The notes below the pieces were generated by a model that worked only from the letters and a program-made list of their open reading frames with translations, ran no database searches and had not been told where the DNA came from. Positions 35,298-49,718 of a stretch of DNA of 64,000 nucleotides are shown here, piece by piece (within the stretch, counting starts at the first letter, position 1; the number at the start of each line of letters is the position of its first letter). The translations under genes were made by a program, and so were the position numbers. This DNA comes from Chrysomallon squamiferum. Taxonomy: Eukaryota; Animalia; Mollusca. The DNA is taken from NCBI GenBank assembly GCA_012295275.1, contig CM022676.1:5580001-5644000 (forward strand). The letters are read 5' to 3'.

Positions 35298-35845
35298 ATC
35301 TCTCTCTCTCTCTCTCATCCTTTTTTTTTCACTGACGAAACAACTAAATAAATTTATCAACTATAACGAAACGAAACTTTTTCAAAAACTAATATTACTG
35401 AAAATTATTTTTTTTCTTTCTTTCTTTCTTTCTTTCTTTCTCTCCTTTTTTTTTTGCCTGTACGGAACAGAAAGGAAAAACACATAAGAAAAAAAACAAC
35501 AACAACAACAACAACAAAAAAAAACTATTTACTATTCACAAAAAAAATCGCTAGCGGAATTGAATTCCAGCACTCACAAAAAAAAAAACAAAAAAAACAC
35601 AAGAACACAACCCCTGAAGCCAAACTGAAATAGATGAGATTGTCCAAAATTTCAAATCCTACAACGATCACAAAATTATTCTTCGAAAATTTTACTTCAA
35701 CAATCTCTCCCCCAAAAAAACACACACAAAAAAAAAAAAAAAAAAAAAAAAAACAACCACTCAAGATGAAAATACGTCGGGATTGTCAAGCCCGTAATTT
35801 TGACCGAGCACGAACGACAACTCGAAACGTAACTTATTCAGTTTC

Positions 35846-35879
<34 letters not shown>

Positions 35880-36060
35880 TATATAAGCTTCATTAGATAT
35901 ATGCTTTCGTTCGGCATGGCAACAAGTTCGGTAATCGCGACAGAAAGTAAGAACGATAACTGGGATTTCCCTCGAGGATACAAGCAGATTTAGAGTCAGA
36001 ATTGCTGACAGTGGTGGGGGGGGGGAGAGAGCTAATGCAGTTTAAGTCCGCTAGATGAAA

Positions 36061-36076
36061 CAGCGCCATCTATGAC
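36061..36076 (-). promoter_or_regulatory. CTCF-like motif (GTCATAGATGGCGCTG)
   Basis: Matches the AGATGGCGC core of the bilaterian CTCF motif; lies between the Ig-like gene pair and the nuclease-helicase array. Confidence 0.4.
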
Positions 36077-36493
36077 AGAAATAGAAATCTGCCGGGGTGT
36101 TATTCAATCTGACGTTCCGCAGTTACAAGGAAAACCCGAGGTTTAATAATATTATAATAATACAAATGAGAAAATATAGCGTATTAAAGACTGTCTTTCT
36201 TTTTCTGTTCTGTTGAATATCACTGGAAGACAAACAGGGAAGGATTTTTCTGGTTTTCTACGTATCTGCTTCATTTCTGCTTATACACATACACACACAC
36301 GCTCACACATACACATACCCAAATTCATATACATTATGCATCCTTACATAGATATAAGGATACACAAAAAGACATGCAGTCAAAAATGTAAACATATACA
36401 AACACACCCACACACACACACACACACACACGCACAAACATACACATATATTAATAACATATACATATAATCAGATACATATATATTCACATA

Positions 36494-36543
<50 letters not shown>

Positions 36544-37474
36544 CTCTCCCAAAAAAGAAACGCAAAAGTAGATTTTATTGAAATTGGATATATCTATCTA
36601 ATGGATCAACAGAAAGCAGCAGAATGTTCACATTTTACACACACTTTCGCAATTCATTAATATTGATGGTATTACATTGAAAAGGTTAAAGTTCAAGTAT
36701 AATATCAATACCTTGTGTGCCCACCATGGGAGTCCAGAATTGCCTGACATCTCCTTCCCATGGCAGTAATGACATTACAAATTACACCTTGTCGAATGGT
36801 GGCCCAATCTGTCTGTAGTAATAAAGTCAACTGAGCACGATTCGGTGGCTGTGGTTGATGCTGCCTCAGTCGTCTATCCAACTCGTCCCATAAATGCTCT
36901 ATAGGGTTCAAATCCGGAGATTCAGAGGGCCAGGGCAGGACCTAAATGTTATTGTTGTGTAGGTACGCTGTTGTGAGTCTGGTTGTATGTGGTCTTGCAT
37001 TGTCGTTCTGGAATACAGCGTTACCATTATTCATAACTGGAGCAACATTTGGCTGCAAAATTTTATCTCGGTAGTTTTGTGCTGTTAAGTTGCCTTGGAT
37101 GTGGACCAGGTTGGTCCTGTCAGTGTATGAGATTGCTGACCACACCATCACACTACCACCGCCAAATCTGTCCGCTTCCTGTGTGCAGTTTGCAGCAAAA
37201 CGTTCACCACGGACGTCTGTAAACTCCACATCTTCCATCAGCTCAACGAAGCAGAAATCGAGCCTCGTCACTAAACCAGACAGTTCTCCGTCGGGGACAT
37301 TTTGGCTAAGAAACGCTATCATAGCCTTTATTTTGTGTTACCTGCTTTTTGGCGACTGTAACAAAAGCTATACGTTTGAATCACCAAATGTCATTATATA
37401 CATAGTTTGTATATGTGTCAGTTTACAATAGTTATCTAAGAAATCAACCATTTTGCGTTTCTCTTTTGGGAGAG
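36544..37474 (-). mobile_element. Internally deleted Tc1/mariner (DD34E) DNA transposon
   Basis: 24-bp TIRs with 23/24 identity (CTCTCCCAAAAAAGAAACGCAAAA at 36544; inverted copy ending 37474), flanked by TA at 36542-43 and 37475-76. The interior encodes WFSDE..., GGGSVMVW, QNDNARPH-...-SPDLNPIEHLW with 34 residues between D and E. Confidence 0.92.
36705..37290 (-). pseudogene. Tc1 transposase catalytic-domain remnant
   Basis: The DDE triad is present but interrupted by a stop after FSDEARFLLR, a frameshift near 37210 and a stop at 36942-36944; the N-terminal DNA-binding domain is missing. Confidence 0.88.
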
Positions 37475-37482
37475 TACACACA

Positions 37483-37522
<40 letters not shown>

Positions 37523-37963
37523 GTCACGCATTCATGCATATGTATTTACACACACACACACACACATATATACATACATACGTACACATATATATTCATG
37601 TACACCCACATAAACACATACGAACGTACATACATACAGACATACTTACACACACAGATACATACATACAACACATTACATATACCGCAGTGACGTAATG
37701 ACGTTTGTATTGCACACTGACTTACTGTACATTGTCCATGTGCAAAATCTAATCAGACTTAGCCAAGGCAAAAGAAAATATACATTTATTTCTAAATATA
37801 TATAAGCGTGTGTGTGTATATAATATTATATATACACCATCATAGACTAGTACATAGCAAATATATATATTGCTATCCATCTAAAATAAAAAAATAAAAA
37901 ATAATAATAATAATAAAATAAAAATAAAATAATAATAATAATAATAATTATTATTAGTATTAT

Positions 37964-37996
<33 letters not shown>

Positions 37997-38038
37997 CAGT
38001 AGTAAACTGTAATAAATGAGTAAACAAATATATATATA

Positions 38039-38069
<31 letters not shown>

Positions 38070-38124
38070 ACATATATATATAAACGTTTAAAATTATATG
38101 TACACACATACACATGTAAGCGCA

Positions 38125-38176
<52 letters not shown>

Positions 38177-38299
38177 AATAAGAAATAAATAATAAAATAA
38201 ATAAATAATAATAATGATAATAATAATAATAATAATAAAAGATACTAACAAAATATAAAATACCTTCGGTCTTACTAAGTTCCTACTTCACAAACAACT

Positions 38300-38309
38300 G
38301 GGAAATCCC
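38300..38309 (+). promoter_or_regulatory. NF-kB/Rel-like site GGGAAATCCC upstream of nuclease-helicase copy 1
   Basis: Exact GGGRNNYYCC match; the homologous positions in other array units read GGGGATCTCC (43476, 61351). Confidence 0.4.
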
Positions 38310-39017
38310 CCAAAAGTTATTTATAAATCGGATAAACCTCGTTCCAGATACATATTTAAAAATTTAAAAAGGTCGACTATAGCCAATAGTAGATTGAAGA
38401 TTATACGTACCTATAATGATGGTAAATAATTTTTTTTTTTAAAGGAACATTTAACAATAATATTAATAAAAAAAAAAAAAAATTAATCCGTTAATATTCC
38501 ATGTGTTAAATTTGATTGACAGAAGCAATGAATCAAAAGGTCAAAGGTAATAGACTGATTACTCGTTGCAGACGCAATACCGATGATATACGTAACTATA
38601 ATTAAGGTACATATTTCTTTGTTGTTTTTGTTTTTGTTTTCTTGTTTATTTGTTTTACCGTACACAGAACAGTTAAGAATAATATTAATTTAAGAGCAAA
38701 TCCGATAATATTAGGTGGACAGAAAGAAAGAGGTGACCTAAAAACAGAGATCGTCGTTACTGAAAATACGAGTTTCTAACTCGTCGCCATTCCTTTGTGT
38801 ACGTAAATGTGAATCTATTATCTGTATGTTATTGTAAATGTGTGTGTGTGTGAGAGTGTGCGTGCGTGTGTGAGTGAGTGACTTGCCTGTTTATATATAT
38901 ATGTGTGTATTTATGTATATATGTTTGTATATATACGTTTGTAAGTGTGTGCGCATGTGTGTGTGTGTATATATATATATCTGTATCTCTGTGTGTAGTT
39001 ATGTATTTTGGTCTATA

Positions 39018-39071
<54 letters not shown>

Positions 39072-39506
39072 CACATGCACACAATAGCAGCAATAGTGAT
39101 AGTAATACAAACAGCATTATTATTACAGATGTTCCTGTTGTTGTTATTGTTATTATTGTTCTTGATCTTGTTATTATTATTATATTTTTTTTTATATTTA
39201 TAATACAACATTGTAATAAATATTTATTATATTATTGTATAAAAACTTTTTTTTTTTTCAGTATATCAGAAATAAAACAACTGAACGGATTAAAAGAAAA
39301 GCAGTGAAAGTAGTTTTAACAACTTTGTGAAATTCAGAATACAGGATACAGGATACAGTTTCGAAATAGAACTGATGCCAAATTCAATGCAGGATACAAT
39401 TTTGACACAGAACAATTTAAGAAACAGCAAAACAATTATCAAAAATTCAACACAGGTTGGTTTGATGTTCAGTTTCAACCGATGATAAAATAAAATTATC
39501 CAAAAT

Positions 39507-41680
39507 ATGGAAGAAAAAATTAAAAATTTAACCGTGAGGACACCCGAAAGAGAAAACGAGAGTTTCGAACAGCAAGCAAATGAATGTGTTAAACACTACT
39601 TCCCAGATATTCTGACAAAGACTTACAGAATCCCAGCCGTTTACTTCCCTTCAGAGAAACTGAAGAAAAAAAAAGACGCGGATTACGAATTACTGGCCCA
39701 GAGTGACAAACCAACAGTCCACGGCGACGAGGCAGAGAGACGCTTCATTGATGCTCTGGAATATAAGAAGAATTTCTGTACAGAAGACAACGAAGAACCA
39801 ATGATGATAATTACCTGCTATAAATTCGCGAATTTTCTATGCAAGGAGAAGAATAAATTATCCGAGAAACAAGAAGGAGAGCATGGTGTCTTGTTACTGC
39901 ATCTCAAACATGGAGTGTTTTTTTTCCAGATTAAAGGGATCGAAGAATACAAAGTCAGAGGTTCGAAAATAAACAAGGATTCCCATCATAGGAATGTGAA
40001 GAACTTTGTAAAAACGGGCATCGACCAATTGATAAAGGATGAGAAGTTTTTCAATGAGGTTATGAATGATCTAAAGTTAAAAGTTGATATCTTACCCAAT
40101 ATATCGAGGGATTACCTAATGAAGCTGGAAGCGAGTAAAGATGCTTTGGAAAATAACAATATGTTAAACAGCTGCATTTGCTCGGACGAAATACCCTTAA
40201 CAGAAGACACGGAAAAGATCCGACAAGAAAAATTAAACAGCCTGAAACGGTGGTGTCGAGAAACTATTGAGAAGAAGAAGGGATTTAAAAATCCTGATGA
40301 ATACAAGGAGGTGGTGAAGAGATACTGTGGCCTCATGTCTGTGGTGGAAATTCCAACGAGTAAAAGAGAAAAAGAGAAACGAGGAGGTAAAGTTCAGGCG
40401 CGATCTCTGGGAGAGAGCGTTTCTGAACAAGGTTACAGAATGATCAGAATAATTCTGACGAAAAAACAGGCAGACATTTTGAATAGTGACAAAAAACGGA
40501 TCGTGCTTGAAGACGATTACGGGACGGGGAAAACTATTCTTCTGATGCTAAAAGCAAGACAGATGGTTAAACAGGGCAGGAAAATATGTCTGGCGAGCGG
40601 CCCGGGAACCAGCATAGTTCATTACTTGTACCATGCTGTAACTGTAGCACTGGAAAACAACAGATCTGGTGAAAGTTTTTCAAGGAAAATCACTCAAGTC
40701 GATAATTAAATACATCAACGAGGAATCGGCTCATTTGTTTTACGACGAGTTAAGGATTTCTCAACAACGACGTCAGATGAAAATTAAGGATGAACTAAAA
40801 TCTAAGAACAGCACAGTGTGGATAGTTAAAAGTAACTATGAAAAGTCTGACTCAGATGAAAACTACTTTGATGGCTTCGAGAAGATACAGTTTTGCAAAC
40901 CACTCCGTTGTCCACTAAACATCCAGGACGTGATGAAGAATGGTGACACATCAAAGTTTCCCTTCGTTGACCATAAAAAGCATAGAAGTGATAAAACGTT
41001 TTACCAATGCGATAAATGTCTATCTGAAATCAGTTATATATTTTCTTCTCTCGGACTGAAACTCAATGGACACGATATCTCTCAACCTCAAGCTTCTGCC
41101 ACGACATGATCGTCGACTCTTTCAGAACAAGATCCACAGAAGCCCAGCAGTTCAGAAGGTGCCAGTGAACGTGATCAAGTCGCTGAAAAACACAGCGTTG
41201 ACAACGTCAGTGAAGCTAGCAGGCAGCAGTCACCTACCTCATCGGGTTCACAAAATATGCGAGAAACAACATCACCACCAGTCAAGACTGTCTCTCCTGA
41301 ACCTCTTTCATGGTCAGATGTGCTAATGGTCACACAAGAACCGTCTTTCAAAGCAAGAGTTAGGTTTTCCTGTCAAGTATCCTGCAGAACCAGAACCTTC
41401 AGTGAAAACACAAAGAGATACCGTAGAACCCGAAAGTTCAGGGAAAACAGACAGTGATGAAGAAGAAATCAGTTTTGCCACATTCGAAAAGGATCATGTG
41501 TTGGGCAGCGCCGATTTTGCAATGGGAACAGATAATGCTGTTGCCGTTATGGGAATTGAAAGGAAAATTGTAATCATAGTGCATCGTGACCTAACAAAAC
41601 AGCTTACTCGTGAAATGATGGACGAACTAAAACCATTCCTTTCTAGAAGTACCTCCTATCTTATATTTGTAAACTGTTAG
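39507..41680 (+). pseudogene. NERD-like nuclease/SF1 helicase copy 1, disrupted
   Basis: Collinear with 56787-58976. It has a 15-nt in-frame deletion (~40089), a 2-nt deletion (~40660), TCA>TGA at 41107-41109, a 1-nt insertion at 41343, a putative catalytic D>G (EHGV) and a Walker A G>D (EDDYGTGKT). Confidence 0.85.
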
Positions 41681-42392
41681 AGAATACAAACCATGACCAT
41701 GACGGAAAGCTTTATTTGTGTATTTATTTATATGTTTGTGTTTTTATCTTGCATTCAGCACTTCTACTATATAATTAACTTATTTCTTTTGTGTTTAATT
41801 TCTAGTTCATTTAAGTACTAATTTTTTTACTAATTATAGTTTTTATATTAGTCTCGAGAGCTGTAAGTTGACAAATAAAACAGTTAATTTCAATAAGATT
41901 TTCTTTATTATTTAGGACTGCAGGATAAAATAAATATCTGGCTGCGGTCCAATATGCCAATTCTGCTCTGTTTAGGCCTCGCTCAGTCGAGTCATTTTTA
42001 CCTTCAACAGGAAAAAGCTGATATCTCAAGCCAGTTGTCCTATTATGTATACTTTGTTAAATCAGCCTGAATGTGTCTTTGTGTGTGTATGACTATGCAG
42101 TCTTCGTCTTCATATTTGAAAGTTTCGAGTTACTTTAATTACGTAGCCCAGGTTATAGCATGATAAAATGCTAGAGGTGTTTGAAGGTCGCCTATTAACT
42201 TCATTAACCACGCAGATCAAGTACAAAGCTGTTTAACTCCAACACTGGAAATTCCTGTTTTCTTTGAAACCTGTTTCCAGGTAAATACACCTGGAGATTC
42301 CTATTACTCACAAAAAAAAAAGAAATTCAGATAGTTTAGATAAAACTCTGGAAATATGTACTCACTTTGAAATGTTTCTAAAACTTTGATTA

Positions 42393-42437
<45 letters not shown>

Positions 42438-43058
42438 CTCTCTTTCTCTCTGCATCTCATTATTTCTCTGTCTCTTTCTCTATCTCTTTCTGTCTCTGTG
42501 TCTTTCTGTTTCTGTCTGTCTGTCTCTCTCTCTCTGTCTGGTTCTCTCTGTGTCTCCTTCTCACTCTTTCTCTCACACTTTCTCTATCTGTTTCTTTCTC
42601 TCTGTTTCTTTCTCTCTGTCTCTGTCTCTAACTGTCTATCTTTGTCTGTCTCTGTCTCTCTCTTTCTCTATCTCTTTCTTTATCTCTTTCTTTCTGTCTG
42701 TTTCTCTCTGTCTCGCTGTCGCTATCTGTCTCACTCTTTTTCTCTATGTATGTATGTATGTATGTATGTATGTATGTATATATGTATGTATGTATGAATG
42801 CATGTATGTATGTTTGTATGTATGTACGTATGTACGTATGTATGTATGTATGTACGTATGTATGTATATATGTATGTATGTACGTATGTTCATACACTCA
42901 CAGGCTTGCACTGTTTTTCCGTTAAACACTAAACTGGAAAAGAAAAGTGATGATCTGAAGATAAATTTGTTTACTGTGCACAGAATCCACTGCAGGCCGT
43001 GATTGGCTGAAAACATCATCTAGATACTGCTCAGTGAATTTTGATTTCCCAGCGAAAT

Positions 43059-43099
<41 letters not shown>

Positions 43100-43213
43100 A
43101 ATCACAGTCTCATACATACCAAACATATATAGATATATATTGCTATCCATCTTAAATAAAATTAAAATTAAAATAGTAATAATAATAATAATAATAATTA
43201 TTATTATTATTAT

Positions 43214-43248
<35 letters not shown>

Positions 43249-43313
43249 ACCTATAACAAATGGATATGACTAACAAATATATACATATATAAGAAATAAG
43301 AAATAAATAAATA

Positions 43314-43365
<52 letters not shown>

Positions 43366-43811
43366 GATACTATAAACAAATAAAAAACCTTCGGATATAC
43401 CAAGTTCCTACTTAAACAAGTAACATCCAAAAATAACTCCAAATAAGAAAAATTCCCGTCGCAAAAATAAATGTCGGGGATCTCCCCAAAAGTTATTTAT
43501 AGAATTTCCAAGTTCTCGTTCAAGTTAAACGAGAAAACCAATAATAATAGTGATAAAAAGAAAAGAACAGGTTTACACTGATTCATGATAATCTCAGATA
43601 AGAAAGAGACGTAAATAAAATATACTTTTAATGCTTACTTGATATCTGAGGTTTATTTCTGTTTAAAGTACTACGTAGTTATTTATGGCTGTTTAGAACA
43701 CTGGTGCAAAATAAGCTAATTATCAAGTCGTTGTTTAAGAACTGCAGACATACACACTCTGTATCTATTTCGTTTCGTGTCATTACACAGTCTTCTTTTC
43801 TTTCTTTCAGT

Positions 43812-43955
<144 letters not shown>

Positions 43956-44130
43956 AAACTATTCATTTCTGTTACTTTTTACATCCATATCCTGTGAATT
44001 CAAAACATGTTGTAGTTATCCATCTTCATCTATTATTGTTGTTGTTTTGTTATAAGTTGGGAACCCGCACACACAAACACCCACAGATACACACGTAAAT
44101 TAATTAATAATAATAATAATAATAATAGAA

Positions 44131-44166
<36 letters not shown>

Positions 44167-44289
44167 CATATAGACGTACATTAATAATAATAATAATAAT
44201 AATAAACACATAAAAGTAACAAATCTTTACTAGTAGGAGTAACAGTAGTAGATGTTGTTGTTGTTGTAGTAGTTTTAGTAGCAGTCCAA

Positions 44290-45339
44290 ATACTATTGTC
44301 CTAGTTTCTAAAGTTAGCTCAAAGGTAGACTTTAGCCAACAGAAGATAGAAGATACACATAACTATAATTAAAGAAAATAATTTTTTTAAAAGAACATTT
44401 AATAATAATATTAATTCATAAACTAGTCCGTTAATATTACGCATAGATAGGTGACCCACAAACATACAAATAAAAACTAACAGCAACCAAACAAACAATG
44501 ACAATACAAAATTCTTCCTTGTGTTAGCTTCTATTTATAGGAGCAATAAGCAAAAAGGTATGACAAAGGTAGTCACTGATTATTCGTTGTATATGTCACT
44601 GAGAACAGAAGACCGATCATATACGTAACTGCAATTAAGGTAAATATTTCTTTTTGTTTTCTTGTTTGTTTGTTTTACCTGACAGAGAACAGTTAAGAAT
44701 AATATTAATTTAAGAACAAATCCGTTAATGTTAGGTGGACGGAGAGAAAGAGGTGACCCACAAACAGAGATAGTAGTTACTGAAAAGATCAGTTTGTATA
44801 TAATGTCTGAATACGTTTTTGTACGTAAATATGAATGTACTGTCTGTAGGTTTGTGTTTATATATATATATATATTTGTATATGTAAGTATGTAAGCAAT
44901 TACTGTGTGTGAGAGTATGTGTATATGTATATCGGGGTACGTGTGTGTGTATGTGTTAGTCTGTCTGTTTATATATATGTATCTATGTATTTACGTATAA
45001 TAATCTACTTTTCTGTGTATGTATCTATGTATGTATGCATATATATTTGTCTCAACATGTTTTCGTATAAGTGTGATTATATAAACGTGTTTTTTGTGTG
45101 TGTTTGTTTATGTGTGACTTGCCTCAACATGTATGTGTATGTATGTATGTATGTTTGTATGTATGTGTATTTGTGTATGTATAAGTGTGTATATATACAA
45201 ATATATAAATATTAAATGTACGTATATGTGTTTGTGTAGACCCACATACATATTTAGATACAAACATACAGATATACAAACATGCACACAGTAGCAGCAG
45301 TAGTCAGAGTAATACTAACAGCATTATTATTATTGTTTA

Positions 45340-45396
<57 letters not shown>

Positions 45397-45480
45397 GTTA
45401 TCCATCTTTATCTATTATTCTTGTTGTTTTATTATAAATCTGGAACCCGAACACACAAACATACACATATATACACGTAC

Positions 45481-45564
<84 letters not shown>

Positions 45565-46649
45565 TAACACAAAGATATACTAGTAGTACTAATACTAACA
45601 GTACCAGTAGTTGTATCAGTGGTAGTAGTGTTTTAGTTTCTAGTTTCAGAATAAGTACGAATTATAGACTAAAGGTAGACTTTAGCCAACAGAAGATCTA
45701 AGATGTACGTAACTATAATTAAAGAAAATAATTTTTTTAAAGAACATTTAATAATATTAATCAAAGAATAAATCCGTTAATATTACGCATAGATAGGTGA
45801 CCCACAAACATACAAACAAAAACTAATAGCAACCAAACAAACAATGACAATACAAAATTCATCCGGGTGTAAGCTTCTATTTATACAAACAATAAGCAAA
45901 AAAGGTATGACAAAGGTAGTAACTGATTATTCGTTGTATATGTCACTGGTAACAGAAGACCGACGATACACATAACTGTAATTAAGGTAAATATTTCTTT
46001 GTTTTTGTTTTCTTGTTTGTTTGTTTTACCTGACAGAGAACAGTTAAGAATAATATTCATTTAAGAACAAATCCGTTAATGTTAGGGGGACGGAGAGAAA
46101 GAGGTGACCCACAAACAGAGATAGTAGTTACTGAAACAATCAGTTTGTATATAATGTCTGAATACGTTTTTGTACGTAAATATGAATGTACTGTCTGTAG
46201 GTTTGTGTATGTATATATTTGTATATGTAAGTATGTAAGCAATTACTGTGTGTGAGAGTATGTGTATATGTATATCTGGGTACGTGTGTGTGTATGTGTT
46301 AGTCTGTCTGTTTATATATATGTATCTATGTATTTACGTATAATAATCTACTTTTCTGTGTATGTATCTATGTATGTATCCATATATATTTGTCTCAACA
46401 TGGTTTCGTATAAGTGTGATTATATAAACGTGTTTTTTGTGTGTGTTTGTGTATGTGTGACTTGCCTCAACATGTATGTGTATGTATGTATGTATGTTTG
46501 TATGTATGTGTATATGTGTATGTATTTATATATATAAATATTAAATGTACGTATATGTGTTTGTGTAGACCCCCATACATATTTAGATAGAAACATACAG
46601 ATATACAAACATGCACACAGTAGCAGCAGTAGTCAGAGTAATACTAACA

Positions 46650-46710
<61 letters not shown>

Positions 46711-46795
46711 TGTTATCCATCTTTATCTATTATTCTTGTTGTTTTATTATAAATCTGGAACCCGAACACACAAACATACACATATATACACGTAC

Positions 46796-46834
<39 letters not shown>

Positions 46835-46835
46835 C

Positions 46836-46912
<77 letters not shown>

Positions 46913-47810
46913 TAACACAAAGATATACTAGTAGTACTAATACTATTAACAGTACCAGTTGTTGTATCAGTAGCAGTAGTGTTTTAGTTTCTAGTTTCAG
47001 AATAAGTACGAATTATAGACTAAAGGTAGACTTTAGCCAACAGAAGATCTAAGATATACGTAACTATAATTAAAGAAAATAATTTTTTTAAAGAACATTT
47101 AATAATATTAATCAAAGAATAAATCCGTTAATATTACGTATAGATAGGTGACCCACGAACATACAAATAAAAACTAATAGCAATGAAACAAACAATGACA
47201 ATACAAAATTCATCCGGGTGTAAGCTTCTATTTATACAAACAATAAGCAAAAAAGGTATGACAAAGGTAGTCACTGATTATTCGTTGTATATGTCACTGA
47301 GAACAGAAGAACGATGATAGACGTAACTGTAATTAAGGTAAATATTTCTTTTTTTTTGTTTTCTTGTTTGTTTGTTTTACCAGACAGAGAACAGTTAAGA
47401 AAAATATTAATTTAAGAACAAATCCGTTAATGTTAGGTGGACGGAGAGAAAGAGGTGACCCACAAACAGAGATAGCAGTTACTGTAAAGATCAATTTGTG
47501 ATTTGTCTCAACCTGTTTTTATACGTAAATATGAATGCACTGTCTGTAGGTGTGTGTCTATGTAAACGTGTGTGTGTGTGTGTGTGTGTGTTTATTATAT
47601 TATATATATATATATCTATATCTATATATATATATATATATATTTGTATATATTTGCATATGTAAGTATGCAAGTAATTTCTCTGTGTGAGTGTATCTGT
47701 GTATCTGTGGGTATTTGTGTGTGTTTGTGTATACCTATTTATGTACACGTATTTATGTATAGACATATATATGTATATATGTAGGTATGTATGCATGTAT
47801 GGATGTATAT
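44290..47810 (+). repeat. ~1.35-kb tandem triplication of the array's upstream/spacer segment
   Basis: aaggtagactttagccaac at about 44323, 45672 and 47023; homologous single copies near 38380-39240, 55540-56500 and 62170-63300. Confidence 0.88.
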
Positions 47811-47815
47811 ATATA

Positions 47816-47927
47816 TGTAGTCATAGTGCATCGTGACCTAACAAAACAGCTTACTCGTGAAATGATGGACGAACTAAAACCATTCCTTTCTAGAAGTACC
47901 TCCTATCTTATATTTGTAAACTGTTAG
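47816..47927 (+). pseudogene. 3'-terminal fragment of the nuclease-helicase gene (VVIVHRDLTKQ...YLIFVNC*) with its 3' flank
   Basis: Matches the last ~36 codons of the full gene and is fused directly to a (TA/TATG)n tract. Confidence 0.85.
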
Positions 47928-48352
47928 AGAGACAATACAAACCATGACGGAAAGTAATACTGCTTGCGTGTGTGCGTATGTCTGCGTGAAGCATTATTTG
48001 TGTATTTATTTATATGGTTGTGTTTTTATCTTGCCATACGCACTTTTACTATATAATTATGTTATTTCTTTTGTGTTTAATTTCTAGTTGATTTAAGTAC
48101 TAATTTTTTTCTAATTACAGTTTTGATATTAATCTCGAGAGCTGTAAGTTGACAAATAAAACAGTTAATTTCAATAAGATTTACTTTATTATTTAGGACT
48201 GCAGGATAAAATAAATATCTGGCTGCGGTCCAATATGCCAATTCTGCTCTGTTTAGCCTCGCTCAGTCGAGTCATTCTTACCTTCAACAGGAAAAAGCTG
48301 ATATCTTAAGCCATTGGTCGTATTATGTATACTTTGTTAAATCAACATGCGT

Positions 48353-48386
<34 letters not shown>

Positions 48387-48890
48387 CTTTGTGTGTGTAT
48401 GACTATGCAGTCTTTGTCTTCATATTTGAAAGTATCGAGTTACTTTAATTACGTAGCCCAGGTTATAGCATGATAAAATGCTTGAGGTTTTTCGAGATTC
48501 CCTATTCAGTTCATTAAGCACGCAGATCAAAGAAACAAGTAAAAATCTGCATGACTGCAACACCGGGAAATTCCTATTACTCGCAAAAAATAAAATAAAT
48601 TGACATAATTTAGATAAAACACTGGAAATCTGTACTCACTTTGAAAATGTTTCAAAAACTTTGATTAACTGTCTCTCTCTGTCTCTCTGTCTCTCTATCT
48701 CTGTATCACTCTCTGTCTGTCTATCTCTGTCTCTCTGTCTTTCTGTCTCTCTATCTGTGACTCTCTCTCTGTCTCTCTATCTCTGTCTCTCTCTTTCTTT
48801 CTTCGACTCACACTTTCTCTGACTCCGTTTCTTTCTCTGTCTGTTTCTGTCGCTATCTGTGTATCTGTCTCTCGCTGTCGCTCTCTATCT

Positions 48891-49350
48891 GAACCTCTCG
48901 GTTTTCCTGTCAAGTATCCCGCAGAACTAGTGAAAACAGAGATCCACTAGAACCCGAAAGTTCAGTGAAAACAGATAGAGATCCACTAGAACCCGAAAGT
49001 TCAGTGAAAACAGATATAGATCCCATACAACCCGAAAGTTCAGTGAAAACAGATAGAGATAGAGATCCCATACAACCCGAAAGTTCAGTGAAAACAGATA
49101 GAGATCCCATACAACCCAAAAGTTCAGTGAAAACAGATAGAGATCCCATACAACCCAAAAGTTCAGGGAAAACAGTGATGAAGAAGAGATCAGTTTCGCC
49201 ACATTCGAAAAGGACGATGTTTTGGGCAGGGCCGATTTTGCAATGGGAACAGATAATGCTGTTGCCGTTATTGGAATTGAAAGGAAAATTGTAGCCATAG
49301 TGCATCGTGACTTAACAAAACAGCTTACTCGTGAAATGATGGACGGACTA
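48891..49350 (+). pseudogene. 3' fragment of the nuclease-helicase gene with ~6 copies of the 39-bp repeat
   Basis: Starts at GFPVKYPAE after a CT-rich tract; frameshifted and truncated C-terminus. Confidence 0.85.
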
Positions 49351-49518
49351 CATAATTAAGTGCTTCTTTATTGTTTAAATTCCAGTTGATTTAAGTATAA
49401 TTTTAGAGAGAGAATACAAACCATGACGGAAAGTAATACTGCTTACGAGTAATATGTTATCTTGCAATCAGCACTTCTACTATATAATTAACTTACTTCT
49501 TTTGTGTTTAATTTCTAG

Positions 49519-49718
49519 NNNNNNNNNNNNNNNNNNNNNNNNNNNNNNNNNNNNNNNNNNNNNNNNNNNNNNNNNNNNNNNNNNNNNNNNNNNNNNNNNN
49601 NNNNNNNNNNNNNNNNNNNNNNNNNNNNNNNNNNNNNNNNNNNNNNNNNNNNNNNNNNNNNNNNNNNNNNNNNNNNNNNNNNNNNNNNNNNNNNNNNNNN
49701 NNNNNNNNNNNNNNNNNN
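49519..49718. other. Assembly gap (200 N)
   Basis: Run of N. Confidence 1.

Noticed and set aside
42895-43055. Conserved block (also 60860-61020) with GTGATGA and CTGA as a C/D-box snoRNA
   Set aside because: No terminal stem or recognisable guide; its conservation is explained by the recent array duplication.
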